Shown here in pieces: positions 1-8,996 of a stretch of 64,000 nucleotides of DNA. The DNA is from a virus. Location of the stretch: positions 1-64,000 of IMG/VR virus record IMGVR_UViG_3300045988_039373; one strand, 5' to 3'. A program made the position numbers and the translations under genes. Position 1 is the stretch's first letter, and each line of letters begins with the position of its first letter. Below the pieces are notes generated by a model. The model saw only the letters and a program-made list of their open reading frames with translations. It was not told the origin of the DNA and ran no database searches.

Positions 1-1
1 A

Positions 2-11
2 TGCAAATATA
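2..11 (-). promoter_or_regulatory. Early-promoter box TATATTTGCA (minus-strand reading), copy 1 of 5. It contains the Bacteroidota -7 element TAnnTTTG.
   Basis: Plus strand reads tgcaaatata at 2-11. The same 10-mer occurs at 3138-3147, 4370-4379, 9588-9597 and, in plus-strand sense, at 33383-33392. This copy would drive a minus-strand gene lying left of the window. Confidence 0.5.
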
Positions 12-33
12 ATTCTTTCTTTTTAAATATGCA

Positions 34-45
34 ATATCCGGATAT
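34..45 (-). terminator. Short perfect palindrome ATATCCGGATAT just after the stop of CDS 48-1001; weak terminator candidate.
   Basis: A 12-nt palindrome sits 3 nt downstream of the TAG at 48-50, followed in minus sense by an A/T tract and then the promoter box at 2-11. Confidence 0.25.
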
Positions 46-47
46 AA

Positions 48-1001
48 CTATGGGAGCTTACTATTTCGGAGGAATTGAGATGCAAATGAGCCATCCTCTT
101 TTTCTTCTTCCTCAAAGTTTTCATATTGATATAACTCTGGGTCTTCTTCGTCTGGGTCTATACGCATTTCGATTTCTCTACGTAGTTCATGATGTTCTTT
201 AGAGAATGAAGACATAGCTCCCTTATAATCATCAGTAATTTGCATTAACTCTGCTTTATTAAGGTTAAGACCCTCTTTACTTGTATCTACTCCCTCCTGT
301 TTAGTAGCAACTACTTCGGGTAATGACTTAATGTCATACCTGTCTTCCAATAGTTTAGCCTCTTCTGGTTTATCCAATACCCTTTGTGATTCCAATACGA
401 TTTGACGGGCTTCCTCAATAGAAATAGAGTTCTGTTGAGCAATATTGTTCTGTTGATTGAATTGAGCAAATATATTCGTGGTACTTCCTCCAGTGAGATT
501 ACGTACAATGGATTGCAATGATGTAGAGGATTCAAGCTTTAACTTAAGGGCCTTTCCCAGCTCGGCAGATATAAACGGTACGTATTTCCCTCCCTGAGAT
601 TCTCTTAGAATATTAACCTGATGGGCTATTTCCATACGGTCTTCCAAAGCCCATGCTAGTTGTTCTCCCATTAATGCTTGTAGTAAATCTTCTGCCTTTT
701 CTTTATCCCATATTCTAGAGCTTAATAGCCTATCTCTCATAAATACACGTATGTAATTGATATCTATACCCATACGGTATGAGAATGTATTGATATCATA
801 GGTGATACCACATAATACACCATTACCCATCAGCCATTGATTAATAATGTAGTTGTGTATCTTTATCAGAAGTTCATCATTTGGGTTCTTCTGATATTCT
901 AATGCCATTGCAGTAGTCCCCATAGGTCTTGGGAATCTTACCATTTTATTTTCCTTTTCTGACATACAAATGAGATTTTCTGATATCGGAACTTTCATCA
1001 T
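48..1001 (-). CDS. Hypothetical protein (317 aa) with an acidic C-terminal tail.
   Basis: ORF track. ATG at 999-1001; alternative ATGs at 963-965 and 942-944 would shorten the overlap with the upstream ORF. No motif recognised. Confidence 0.7.
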   Translation of the reverse strand: MMKVPISENLICMSEKENKMVRFPRPMGTTAMALEYQKNPNDELLIKIHNYIINQWLMGNGVLCGITYDINTFSYRMGIDINYIRVFMRDRLLSSRIWDKEKAEDLLQALMGEQLAWALEDRMEIAHQVNILRESQGGKYVPFISAELGKALKLKLESSTSLQSIVRNLTGGSTTNIFAQFNQQNNIAQQNSISIEEARQIVLESQRVLDKPEEAKLLEDRYDIKSLPEVVATKQEGVDTSKEGLNLNKAELMQITDDYKGAMSSFSKEHHELRREIEMRIDPDEEDPELYQYENFEEEEKEDGSFASQFLRNSKLP

Positions 1002-1224
1002 AACCCATATACTCTAAATCGAACCTTACATACAGATTCAAAGATAGGTTATAGAAATATCCCTTATATTTTTTCTTACTTACTGATAAATTAAAAGGTT
1101 CACCAGAGATTAGGTCCCTGGTGAATACTAAATTACCTTTCCCAGTGATGGGAATATTAAGGCAAAGCTTATAATCCCCTACCTTAAATTTATTGCCATG
1201 AAGGTCTAGGATTTCCTTTGCCAT
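946..1224 (-). CDS. Hypothetical protein (92 aa).
   Basis: ORF track; ATG verified at 1222-1224; same strand and packing as neighbours. Confidence 0.6.
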   Translation of the reverse strand: MAKEILDLHGNKFKVGDYKLCLNIPITGKGNLVFTRDLISGEPFNLSVSKKKYKGYFYNLSLNLYVRFDLEYMGYDESSDIRKSHLYVRKGK

Positions 1225-1639
1225 ATTTTACCTTTTTAGGATTCGAGGGTTTTTTGTCTTGTTTACTACGGTAAGGGTTATTAGGCCTTGGGTCATTTTG
1301 GATAATCCCCTTTTGTTCTTCGATTAATTTTTGTACCTCAGGGAATAATTTTTTCCTCAGAGGTACTACCTGCGTAGCGAAAAAGGCATTCCATAATTTC
1401 TGAGTAAATGGTTCCCCTACCTTAAGTTTCGAAATTGCCCAGAATTTAGTTTCGAAATTCTTTATTATTTCCTTAAACCGATAATAATAGATATATCCGT
1501 ACTTTGGATTTATACCTATAGTGGTGTTTTGGCAATAATCTAGAAAATCTTTACCTAATTCGGATATAAACTCTTCCCTTTTAAAATCATAGTTCTCTTG
1601 GTCGAGTTTAAATAGTTTGACATAATCTATTGCTTCCAT
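1190..1639 (-). CDS. Hypothetical protein (149 aa) with a basic Pro/Lys-rich C-terminus.
   Basis: ORF track; ATG at 1637-1639. Confidence 0.65.
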   Translation of the reverse strand: MEAIDYVKLFKLDQENYDFKREEFISELGKDFLDYCQNTTIGINPKYGYIYYYRFKEIIKNFETKFWAISKLKVGEPFTQKLWNAFFATQVVPLRKKLFPEVQKLIEEQKGIIQNDPRPNNPYRSKQDKKPSNPKKVKYGKGNPRPSWQ

Positions 1640-1645
1640 ATAACT

Positions 1646-1999
1646 TTACTTTGTGATTATTAACTTGGGATGTTCATCAGTTATCTGAAATAAATATCCC
1701 CTTATATCATCCTCATAGTATGAGGACCAATAAACCCTTCTAATCCGAAAATTATCAAGGATTGCCCCTTTCGGTATGCCCGTAACATAAAGCCTATGCT
1801 TAGGCATCATAGGGGTTATTTCAAATTCACCAGTAGTGAGTAAATTACCATAGGTACCATAATCTGGCATATTACCAGTAAAACCTGTAGGTTGTAATAC
1901 ATCCATTACTAAGGTGGTTTGTGGTAATTCTCTTTGATTACACTTGATTATCAGTTTCGATTTACCTATATATAGGTCTTTTACTATTGTCCCAAACAT
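1646..1999 (-). CDS. Hypothetical protein (117 aa).
   Basis: ORF track; ATG at 1997-1999. Confidence 0.65.
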   Translation of the reverse strand: MFGTIVKDLYIGKSKLIIKCNQRELPQTTLVMDVLQPTGFTGNMPDYGTYGNLLTTGEFEITPMMPKHRLYVTGIPKGAILDNFRIRRVYWSSYYEDDIRGYLFQITDEHPKLIITK

Positions 2000-2283
2000 C
2001 TGTATATGATTATGTGAGTGATACCATTTTTCTTGAAGTAGAATTGGTTCTGTGAACGTTCCTCTAACTTCTTTAATTCTCTACGAGATTCAGTACAAAT
2101 TCTTTCTGACTTCCGAAGTATGTCAGATAGATTATCCCAAATAGGTGCCATAGGTTCTACTGGACCTGCATAAACAATTTTGTGTTTAGCATCAATCTGA
2201 GGATATTTTGATTTGTACTGATACTTACCTTTGAGGTAAAGCACATTATACTTTTCTGGTTCGTTTCTTTTTGCGTTTTCCAT
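1984..2283 (-). CDS. Hypothetical protein (99 aa).
   Basis: ORF track; ATG at 2281-2283. Confidence 0.6.
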   Translation of the reverse strand: MENAKRNEPEKYNVLYLKGKYQYKSKYPQIDAKHKIVYAGPVEPMAPIWDNLSDILRKSERICTESRRELKKLEERSQNQFYFKKNGITHIIIYRCLGQ

Positions 2284-2545
2284 TTTTGTTATTGTTAATG
2301 TAATCAGATATATTATCGAGTTGACCTAAAAGCAATGCTTGAATAAAGATGTGTATAGGCCTGAAAAAGAAATTCCTTACGTTATTGGGATTGATATACC
2401 AATCGTAAACTATAAAGAATTTCTTAATTTTAGAATGCTTAAGTGAATGCTGAATTAGCCAAGATTTACAACATCGTTTATGTAATTCGACTAACTCTTT
2501 ATCTTGTTTAAGCATCCACTTATCAGAGAAGATTGTGTAATCCAT
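2246..2545 (-). CDS. Hypothetical protein (99 aa) with a basic C-terminus (KNGKRKKKRTRKV).
   Basis: ORF track; ATG at 2543-2545. Confidence 0.6.
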   Translation of the reverse strand: MDYTIFSDKWMLKQDKELVELHKRCCKSWLIQHSLKHSKIKKFFIVYDWYINPNNVRNFFFRPIHIFIQALLLGQLDNISDYINNNKNGKRKKKRTRKV

Positions 2546-2560
2546 TACGATTCTTTATAA

Positions 2561-2590
2561 AAGTTCCCAGACTGATTAGCCCGGGAACTT
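2561..2590 (-). terminator. Intrinsic terminator after the Lys-rich gene.
   Basis: An 8-bp stem AAGTTCCC (2561-2568) pairs with GGGAACTT (2583-2590). In minus sense the hairpin is followed by TTTTATAAAG. Confidence 0.6.
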
Positions 2591-2604
2591 AGGTTAATAT
2601 GAGG

Positions 2605-3087
2605 TTATGCAACTTGTTCTGGTTTGAGAACCTTTTTCTTAAAGTCCTCATAGGCTTTAGCAGCAGCCTTAAATTCTTTGGAATTGGTGTCCTTGATACG
2701 AGCCATTGCAAGTTCCAATCGATGAAGTTCGTTTCTGGTTTGTTGTCTCCATTTCTTCCGAGCAAGAGTATCAACTACATCCTCCGGATATACGTATTTA
2801 ACTTCTCGATTGGAGATTACCTGTTCGATGATAGAGGGTTTTTGTTGTTCCTTTACTTCCTTGACAACCTGTTCTTTTTTGGAAGTTTTGGTTTTTGGAG
2901 AGAGTTCTACCAATTTAGCATTGGCAAACTTAGTGGCAGCTTCTTGAGCATCTTTTACCAATTCCTTTTTAGTCTTTTTGGCCTTAGGAGCAGAAGCCTT
3001 AGTAGTCTTAGAATTTTTAATTCCTTCAAGTTGTTCAGCAACCTTAGTTGCAACGAGGTTAGTAACCTTGGTTTCATTCTTTTTCAT
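2605..3087 (-). CDS. Lys-rich, histone-H1-like low-complexity protein (160 aa).
   Basis: The sequence is rich in K, A, E and T (SAPKAKKTKKELVKDAQEAATKFANAKLVELSPKTKTSKKEQ). It has its own promoter box (3138-3147) and its own terminator (2561-2590). The antisense ORF 2599-3243 is a codon-bias shadow. Confidence 0.7.
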   Translation of the reverse strand: MKKNETKVTNLVATKVAEQLEGIKNSKTTKASAPKAKKTKKELVKDAQEAATKFANAKLVELSPKTKTSKKEQVVKEVKEQQKPSIIEQVISNREVKYVYPEDVVDTLARKKWRQQTRNELHRLELAMARIKDTNSKEFKAAAKAYEDFKKKVLKPEQVA

Positions 3088-3137
3088 AATGTCTATATTA
3101 AAATTGTTAATAAAATAAAGTTTATTTCTTTTCTCTA

Positions 3138-3147
3138 TGCAAATATA
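3138..3147 (-). promoter_or_regulatory. Early-promoter box TATATTTGCA, copy 2 of 5.
   Basis: tgcaaatata on the plus strand, 50 nt upstream of the ATG at 3087. The extended match TTATTCTTATATTTGCA is shared with the copy at 9588. Confidence 0.6.
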
Positions 3148-3202
3148 AGAATAATATATTTAATACAAAAATATTTCTATATTATTTTTCTATTTGCCCA
3201 GG

Positions 3203-3721
3203 TTAATCGGCTAGGAAGTCGAAGATTTCTGGAGGATAGTTAATTTCGTCCTCTGGGTCATTTAAGTAATCTTCGTAATCCTCATTATATTTATCGTAGA
3301 GGTTATCTTGTGATGTATTGGGTACCCTTGTACATCTTTCAGGATGTTTATTTACGAAGTCATAAGCTTCTTGAGTAGTCATTACCTTGTCTGAGATAAA
3401 TTCGTAGGTTACATAAGAATAAGTTTCACCCAATCTAGAAACTTCATATTGCTGGTATCCAGATTTCTCAATCTTATAGATTTGATTTTCTGGAATCGTT
3501 TCTATTTCTACCCTATATTTATACCATTGCTTCTTTTTCTCTTCCCTTGGTTTAATTCCCAGGCTATCTGAAAGATAATGTAACCTGGTCAAGGGACTTT
3601 CTAAACGAGAAGGAGCAATGCTCACTTCCTCTATGGGGGCATTATTCTTACTCCCTAAGTAAAGTAGCATTGCTCCTATGGCAATTAATAAACCCTTAGT
3701 TATTTTAGTTCCAGAGTTCAT
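3203..3721 (-). CDS. N-terminally membrane-anchored hypothetical protein (172 aa).
   Basis: The track ORF 3203-3895 is trimmed to the ATG at 3719-3721 (MNSGTKITKGLLIAIGAMLLYLG, a hydrophobic anchor). This leaves a 17-nt overlap with the upstream KTSC gene. Confidence 0.6.
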   Translation of the reverse strand: MNSGTKITKGLLIAIGAMLLYLGSKNNAPIEEVSIAPSRLESPLTRLHYLSDSLGIKPREEKKKQWYKYRVEIETIPENQIYKIEKSGYQQYEVSRLGETYSYVTYEFISDKVMTTQEAYDFVNKHPERCTRVPNTSQDNLYDKYNEDYEDYLNDPEDEINYPPEIFDFLAD

Positions 3722-3971
3722 ACCCAGTAGTTTTAAACTTATCTTTGATATTCTTTGCCAAGTATTTACCTTTTGATTCTGCTTGGTGTAATTCATTGCA
3801 AACCTCGTAAGGTACCTTATCATATCGATATACCCTATTTCCCTTAAAAGCAACCCAAAGTTGTTGTTTCTTTGAGTCATACCCATATCCCTCAATATTA
3901 GAGGATTCGCAAGGAATCATTTCAACTCCCGTGTTCATTTCTACTGATTCTAAGTATTCGTTCTTTTCCAT
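3705..3971 (-). CDS. KTSC-domain protein (88 aa).
   Basis: IEGYGYDSKKQQLWVAFKGNRVYRYDKVPYEVCNELHQAESKGKYLAKNI matches the KTSC pattern from memory. Confidence 0.55.
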   Translation of the reverse strand: MEKNEYLESVEMNTGVEMIPCESSNIEGYGYDSKKQQLWVAFKGNRVYRYDKVPYEVCNELHQAESKGKYLAKNIKDKFKTTGYELWN

Positions 3972-3981
3972 GTCTATATAT

Positions 3982-4353
3982 TTAAAATTTTAAAAGTGTT
4001 AGTTCTGGGTGGAATTTGAGATTTGCCCTTTGGAAGATTGCCCAGGTACCAAGTACTCCCTGAGAATTAGTATGTACCCATTCATCTTCCATTCTGAACA
4101 ATATGTGAGAGCATACCAGCATTTGGTATTCACTTAGCATATTTATCAGTTGAGGGGTATTCTCCATTTCTACGTATAATTCAATGTGCTCATCTAGTGC
4201 TCGAATTATTTCGTTATCCTCAATCTGAAGGAGTTTTTTGATTAAGTCTTGGGCAATGTCATTCCCATTTTTAACATCCTCTTTGATTGAGTTGAGTGAT
4301 TCAATCTGAATACTAGCAATGAGCTTTACGATGTCTTTTGTTTCCTTGTCCAT
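3982..4353 (-). CDS. Acidic hypothetical protein (123 aa).
   Basis: The track ORF begins at a TTG (4374). The first ATG is at 4351-4353 (MDKETKD), 16 nt downstream of the promoter box. Confidence 0.65.
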   Translation of the reverse strand: MDKETKDIVKLIASIQIESLNSIKEDVKNGNDIAQDLIKKLLQIEDNEIIRALDEHIELYVEMENTPQLINMLSEYQMLVCSHILFRMEDEWVHTNSQGVLGTWAIFQRANLKFHPELTLLKF

Positions 4354-4369
4354 AATTAAATTTTCTTTA

Positions 4370-4379
4370 TGCAAATATA
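4370..4379 (-). promoter_or_regulatory. Early-promoter box TATATTTGCA, copy 3 of 5.
   Basis: tgcaaatata on the plus strand, with the flank ttttctttaTGCAAATATA. The implied leader to the ATG at 4353 is very short. Confidence 0.55.
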
Positions 4380-4429
4380 CTAAAATTATTTTATATAAAA
4401 TATTCTTTTAATAAATACGGAGGTAAGTG

Positions 4430-5272
4430 TTAGCGGTTCTTGATTTCCTCTATCTTTTCCTTGATTGAGTCGGGGAAGATAGCATCATCTGCCCATCGCA
4501 TAAAGAATTTAGAAGGCTTCTTTTCTGGGTTGAGAAGTAATTGTCTTTGCTCTGTAGAGAACTTAATACGTTCATCTTCCCTCATATACTTGGGAAGTTT
4601 AGTGAATTCTGCCTGAGAGAAAGAGATTACGTTCTTACCAACTTGGGCCCTTAATGGTTTCTTCCTTTCCTTATAGAGATATGGGATAATCTTTTTCGAG
4701 GGTCCCCCAAGAATGCTAAAACCAAAGATTACCATTGGGTCAAATTTATCTGCTTTTGGGTCCTTAGCCCGTTTGATACATCTTGCCATCCAAGAAAATG
4801 AATTGGGATATTGCTTGTTGTCTGTTGCTTCTCCCACATCTTTTTTATTAAACTCAAATCCAGGAAAGTGAAATAGAAAATCTTCAGTAAGGATAAATAC
4901 AAATCCCAATCCCCTAAGATATTTAATGATATCTTGTTGGCTTTTACCCTCTTCAATCATTTTTTCTACATCTGCAAGAATATCCTCCCTTGGTGATTCC
5001 AATTCCTTAGTTGTAGACCCTGCAGGTCTTCCTCTGCCCACATTAGGTGCCTTAGCAGGCAATGTACCAGATAACCTATCTAAGTATTCTTTGAAGTTAT
5101 CAATATCTTGTTTATTAGTAAGAGTTACTTCTACTCTTATGGGACCGTTATGCTGTACCTTTGGACCTGAATTCATCTCGGTATAAGCATCTACCAACCT
5201 ATCTGATAAGGGAGTACCATTCTCTGATAGTGTAGTGATTCTAAGTTTTGGTTTATATACTTCTTGTTCCAT
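4430..5272 (-). CDS. Hypothetical protein (280 aa) with an AT-hook-like GRGRPAG motif.
   Basis: NVGRGRPAGSTTK at about aa 77-89. The remainder is not recognised. Confidence 0.7.
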   Translation of the reverse strand: MEQEVYKPKLRITTLSENGTPLSDRLVDAYTEMNSGPKVQHNGPIRVEVTLTNKQDIDNFKEYLDRLSGTLPAKAPNVGRGRPAGSTTKELESPREDILADVEKMIEEGKSQQDIIKYLRGLGFVFILTEDFLFHFPGFEFNKKDVGEATDNKQYPNSFSWMARCIKRAKDPKADKFDPMVIFGFSILGGPSKKIIPYLYKERKKPLRAQVGKNVISFSQAEFTKLPKYMREDERIKFSTEQRQLLLNPEKKPSKFFMRWADDAIFPDSIKEKIEEIKNR

Positions 5273-5294
5273 TTTCGACTTAATTAGAAAATAA

Positions 5295-5327
5295 AAGGCC
5301 TGAACAATTTTTATATTGCCAGGCCTT
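5295..5327 (-). terminator. Intrinsic terminator after the Lys/Glu-rich gene.
   Basis: The stem AAGGCCTG (5295-5302) pairs with CAGGCCTT (5320-5327) around a 17-nt loop. It lies between the stop at 5385 and the next start at 5272, and is followed in minus sense by a T-rich tract. Confidence 0.55.
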
Positions 5328-5384
5328 CTACCATTATTAACGAATACTCAAAAATATGATAAGTAAAAGTAAAAAGTGCTCTTA

Positions 5385-5945
5385 TTAATCTTCTTCTTTA
5401 GCGGCCTTCTTTTTCTTCTTGTCTTTGGCCTTCTTATCTTTCTTATCGGAAGCCGGTTTCTCTTTTACCTTTTCTTCCTTCTTTTTCTTAGTTTCCTTTT
5501 CCTCCTTAGGAGCCTTACCTGAAGCAAGTTTTCTTTGCTCCATACGGTATTTTTTCTTCTCAGCCGAAGTCATTTCTCTGCCATCGATGAGAGGATAATC
5601 GTATTTGGTAGCTGTTCTACCACCATTTCCTTTCTTTTCCTTTTTCTCTTTGGCAGCCTTCTTCTCAGCTTTTTCCTTCTTCTCTTTTTCCTGGAGTTTT
5701 ACCAATTTCTTGTTGTTCTCTTGGTCAGCTTCAGGATAGGCAGCAGCAACTTTGTCTCTTTCCTTATTGAGCTTGTTTACAAGTTCGGTAACCTTTTTAC
5801 CATGTTTCTTGTCTTTGGTCCAATCCTTAGTAGGGTCCAACTTGTTCTCTTTAAGGTAAGCATCCAAAGCTTTCTTAGCCTTTGTGAGTTCCGGAGTCTT
5901 GGATTCCGATTTACTCTTCTTTTCTGTTTTCTTAGCCATTTTCAT
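5385..5945 (-). CDS. Extremely Lys/Glu-rich low-complexity protein (186 aa).
   Basis: KKEKAEKKAAKEKKEKKGNGG ... KETKKKKEEKVKEKPASDKKDKKAKDKKKKKAAKEED. The antisense ORF 5535-5954 is a shadow. Confidence 0.7.
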   Translation of the reverse strand: MKMAKKTEKKSKSESKTPELTKAKKALDAYLKENKLDPTKDWTKDKKHGKKVTELVNKLNKERDKVAAAYPEADQENNKKLVKLQEKEKKEKAEKKAAKEKKEKKGNGGRTATKYDYPLIDGREMTSAEKKKYRMEQRKLASGKAPKEEKETKKKKEEKVKEKPASDKKDKKAKDKKKKKAAKEED

Positions 5946-5991
5946 TTATATTAGGTGAATAATTGAATTTCCTATTTACATAATACCATAG

Positions 5992-6369
5992 TTATACCTT
6001 CCTAATTTGGGTTGGGATTTCTTTAATTTCTAGGATTTCTAAACTGCATTGTTTTAAAACTGCCTCGAGTTGAAGTATATCTTCTACCTCTTTCTGAGAT
6101 AAGTCCGTAAAAGTTTGTTCAAAAGTTTCTTTCTGTTCCCCCCTTATAAAATTAAATTGGGCAACAATATAAGTCCCATGAAGTTTTTTATTCAGGGCTC
6201 CTTTAAGAGATATGAGTTTTCTTTTCAGATAATTACTCTTCAACCTATGGGATTGGTATTCGCCTTTCTTACCCTTACTAAGAGCTACCTTTTTAAGGTA
6301 CGAAACATAATCTAATTCTCTGAGAGTTTGATTAATGTTTCCCACTAATAATCTTAAGTCTTTTTCCAT
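5992..6369 (-). CDS. Hypothetical protein (125 aa).
   Basis: ORF track; ATG at 6367-6369. Confidence 0.6.
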   Translation of the reverse strand: MEKDLRLLVGNINQTLRELDYVSYLKKVALSKGKKGEYQSHRLKSNYLKRKLISLKGALNKKLHGTYIVAQFNFIRGEQKETFEQTFTDLSQKEVEDILQLEAVLKQCSLEILEIKEIPTQIRKV

Positions 6370-6578
6370 TTGGGTCTTTGCATTACTTGGTTAGATACTT
6401 CCTGAGTTTCTTCTGATAGCATTTCTCTTGCCTCATTTATTATATTGATGGCAAGTTCCCTTTCATCTGGTCCCAGGTTTAATTCTTTATCTTCTAGTGC
6501 ATCAGTATAAGTATTTATTAGATTATCCAATGCAAGTATTCGAATGTTCTTTCGAATTGCTAATTTCTCTTCTTCCAT
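6354..6578 (-). CDS. Hypothetical protein (74 aa).
   Basis: ORF track; ATG at 6576-6578. Confidence 0.55.
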   Translation of the reverse strand: MEEEKLAIRKNIRILALDNLINTYTDALEDKELNLGPDERELAINIINEAREMLSEETQEVSNQVMQRPKWKKT

Positions 6579-6721
6579 GGGTATAAAAAATTAAAGCCCA
6601 CTACCTTCACAGGCAATGAGCTTTTGGCTGAACAACGTCCTAAGTGTAGATGTTATTCATATGAACTTAAACTCTAAATTTATATAGCAGACATATGGGA
6701 TAGTAGTTAGTAAGTTAGAGT

Positions 6722-7099
6722 TTAATCTTCTGATTCTTCCTCTTCTTCTTCCTTAGCCTTTTTGTTTTTCGGAGAACAAATAACGCCATGTCCTTTCTTA
6801 GACTTAACGGTAAGAGTTCCCGGAACGAATGAAACTGAAGTTGATACCGGTTTGCCATCCGTAACCAATACAGAAGTAACCACTACACCCTGATAGCCTT
6901 CCTTGTTCTTAACGGCATAACCAAAGTTCATTACCTTGGATTTGTCGTTAATGGCAATAACGTCGATTTGCTTGCTGTTAGGGCGTTGTTCAGCCGGCCG
7001 ATTCTTAAGTGCCTCTTGACGAGCCTTACGTTTAGCTTCTTTTTCGGGGTCTTTTTCCTTATCCCCTTTCTTCTTGGAGTCTGATTTCTTTGTTGCCAT
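6722..7099 (-). CDS. Bipolar charged protein (125 aa): basic N-terminus, beta-rich core, poly-Glu C-terminus.
   Basis: MATKKSDSKKKGDKEKDPEKEAKRKARQ ... KKAKEEEEEESED. Confidence 0.7.
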   Translation of the reverse strand: MATKKSDSKKKGDKEKDPEKEAKRKARQEALKNRPAEQRPNSKQIDVIAINDKSKVMNFGYAVKNKEGYQGVVVTSVLVTDGKPVSTSVSFVPGTLTVKSKKGHGVICSPKNKKAKEEEEEESED

Positions 7100-7168
7100 A
7101 ATTTTTAATGTTTTATAAGTTAATGGTTATTATAAGTAAACTTCTACGTTTATTAATAGTTGATAGTA

Positions 7169-7192
7169 AAGGTAGGGAAATTTCCCTACCTT
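7169..7192 (-). terminator. Intrinsic terminator after the poly-acidic gene.
   Basis: Perfect 24-nt palindrome AAGGTAGGGAAATTTCCCTACCTT, 29 nt downstream of the stop at 7221. Confidence 0.65.
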
Positions 7193-7220
7193 CTTTTAAA
7201 TCTTGAATACGGTTACCAGA

Positions 7221-7742
<522 letters not shown>

Positions 7743-7779
7743 TTTCGTAATGTTTAAGTTGGTTAATAATTTATTTATA

Positions 7780-8028
7780 TCACTCTGTTATAAGTTTCTT
7801 TACCAGTATGGATTTCTGAGTATACCCAGATTTTAATAATTCCTCCTGAGCAATATTGAATTGTTTTATCTCATCTAGAGTTGTCTTTAATTCTAATTGA
7901 GATTCAATTGTTATTGCCTGAGAGGCAAGTTCCTTGTCACCTTGATAAGTGACTATCTTAAACTTCTTACCTGCAAATGGGTTTGCTGGTTGATGTGCTG
8001 TGATTTTAAAACCTTCGTTATTATTCAT
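7780..8028 (-). CDS. Hypothetical protein (82 aa).
   Basis: ORF track; ATG at 8026-8028. Confidence 0.6.
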   Translation of the reverse strand: MNNNEGFKITAHQPANPFAGKKFKIVTYQGDKELASQAITIESQLELKTTLDEIKQFNIAQEELLKSGYTQKSILVKKLITE

Positions 8029-8566
8029 TGCTATATTTAATTTTAGTTATCCCAGGAATACCCACCTTCCCAAATACTTCGGTATAGGATTTGTATTTCC
8101 CTTTTATCATTGTTTTATAGTTATCGGATAATCGAATTGGGTAGACCCATATTTTATTTTCTATCATCCTATTTGTCATTATATAAGCATAAGACCTTCT
8201 AAGTTTAATACTCTCTAATGGAACAAACCCTTGAAATAATAAAGACTTCTTAATAAACCTTTCTTTAGGCAAATACCCTAAAAATTTAAGTGATGCCTCA
8301 TCGAATATTTCGAGCATATCCCTTTGTGCTTTGATAAATAGTACCTTTTGTATTGGGATGTTCATCTTCTTTCTTAAATATAAAGCCAATGAACTTACCA
8401 ATGGAGGATACTGCAAGAATAACAGATTGAATTTATTTTTCTCCTCTTGACTCAGCCTGTTGTAAATCCTGTAGGATAGCAAGATTGATTTGTAATCTCT
8501 TTTGCCTTGTATACTTGGGAGATATGCCTTGCCGTTGTCCATAGAGTTTGATTGAGTACCTTTCAT
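8021..8566 (-). CDS. Hypothetical protein (181 aa as tracked); start uncertain.
   Basis: ATGs at 8566, 8542 and 8365. The first two overlap the upstream ORF by 134 or 110 nt. The 8365 start leaves a 67-nt gap. Confidence 0.5.
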   Translation of the reverse strand: MKGTQSNSMDNGKAYLPSIQGKRDYKSILLSYRIYNRLSQEEKNKFNLLFLQYPPLVSSLALYLRKKMNIPIQKVLFIKAQRDMLEIFDEASLKFLGYLPKERFIKKSLLFQGFVPLESIKLRRSYAYIMTNRMIENKIWVYPIRLSDNYKTMIKGKYKSYTEVFGKVGIPGITKIKYSNE

Positions 8567-8996
8567 TGAATTCCTTTTTTCCTTTAGACTTAAAGACTCG
8601 GTGCATTTGTACCATAAATCTTCTTCGTCGGTGTTTATCTATGTGATATTCATCGGGCATTATGAACTTCCTTGCTTTTACGAATTTACCCTTAAACCAG
8701 AATTTAGTACTACCCTTTTTAAGAAGTTTACCATTCATATCGGATAATTCTCTAATGCCTTGTTTTATAAGTTTCCTCCCAGATATTATATGGATATACT
8801 GAAGAACATCTACACCATAAAGATAAACTAAGGTAACCTTTACTTGATGTCTAGTAAAGTATGGTATACCGGTTAGATGTTTCCTATATAATTTCTTTTC
8901 AGTAACAATCTTATTGGTAGTATCTGGTCTCCAAGTCCATATATAATATCTATCTGGTCGTATGGGTCCATTGTTACTTTCCTTTAGCTTTACCAT
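8433..8996 (-). CDS. Basic hypothetical protein (187 aa).
   Basis: ORF track; ATG at 8994-8996. Confidence 0.6.
   Translation of the reverse strand: MVKLKESNNGPIRPDRYYIWTWRPDTTNKIVTEKKLYRKHLTGIPYFTRHQVKVTLVYLYGVDVLQYIHIISGRKLIKQGIRELSDMNGKLLKKGSTKFWFKGKFVKARKFIMPDEYHIDKHRRRRFMVQMHRVFKSKGKKEFNERYSIKLYGQRQGISPKYTRQKRLQINLAILQDLQQAESRGEK

Noticed and set aside
2599-3243. 214-aa plus-strand ORF antisense to the Lys-rich gene. Similar long antisense or alternative-frame ORFs occur at 5535-5954, 7203-7836, 59686-60150 and 60315-61028.
   Set aside because: All coincide with low-complexity or repeat coding tracts (AAG/GAA/GAT-rich) whose reverse complements lack stop codons. Their products are Phe/Leu/Ser-rich nonsense-like sequences, and they oppose the uniform minus-strand gene order.
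6579-6721. A 143-nt intergenic region examined for an ncRNA, promoter or terminator.
   Set aside because: Only weak 5-7 bp stems and a near-match TAAATTTAG are present. Nothing is convincing enough to call.
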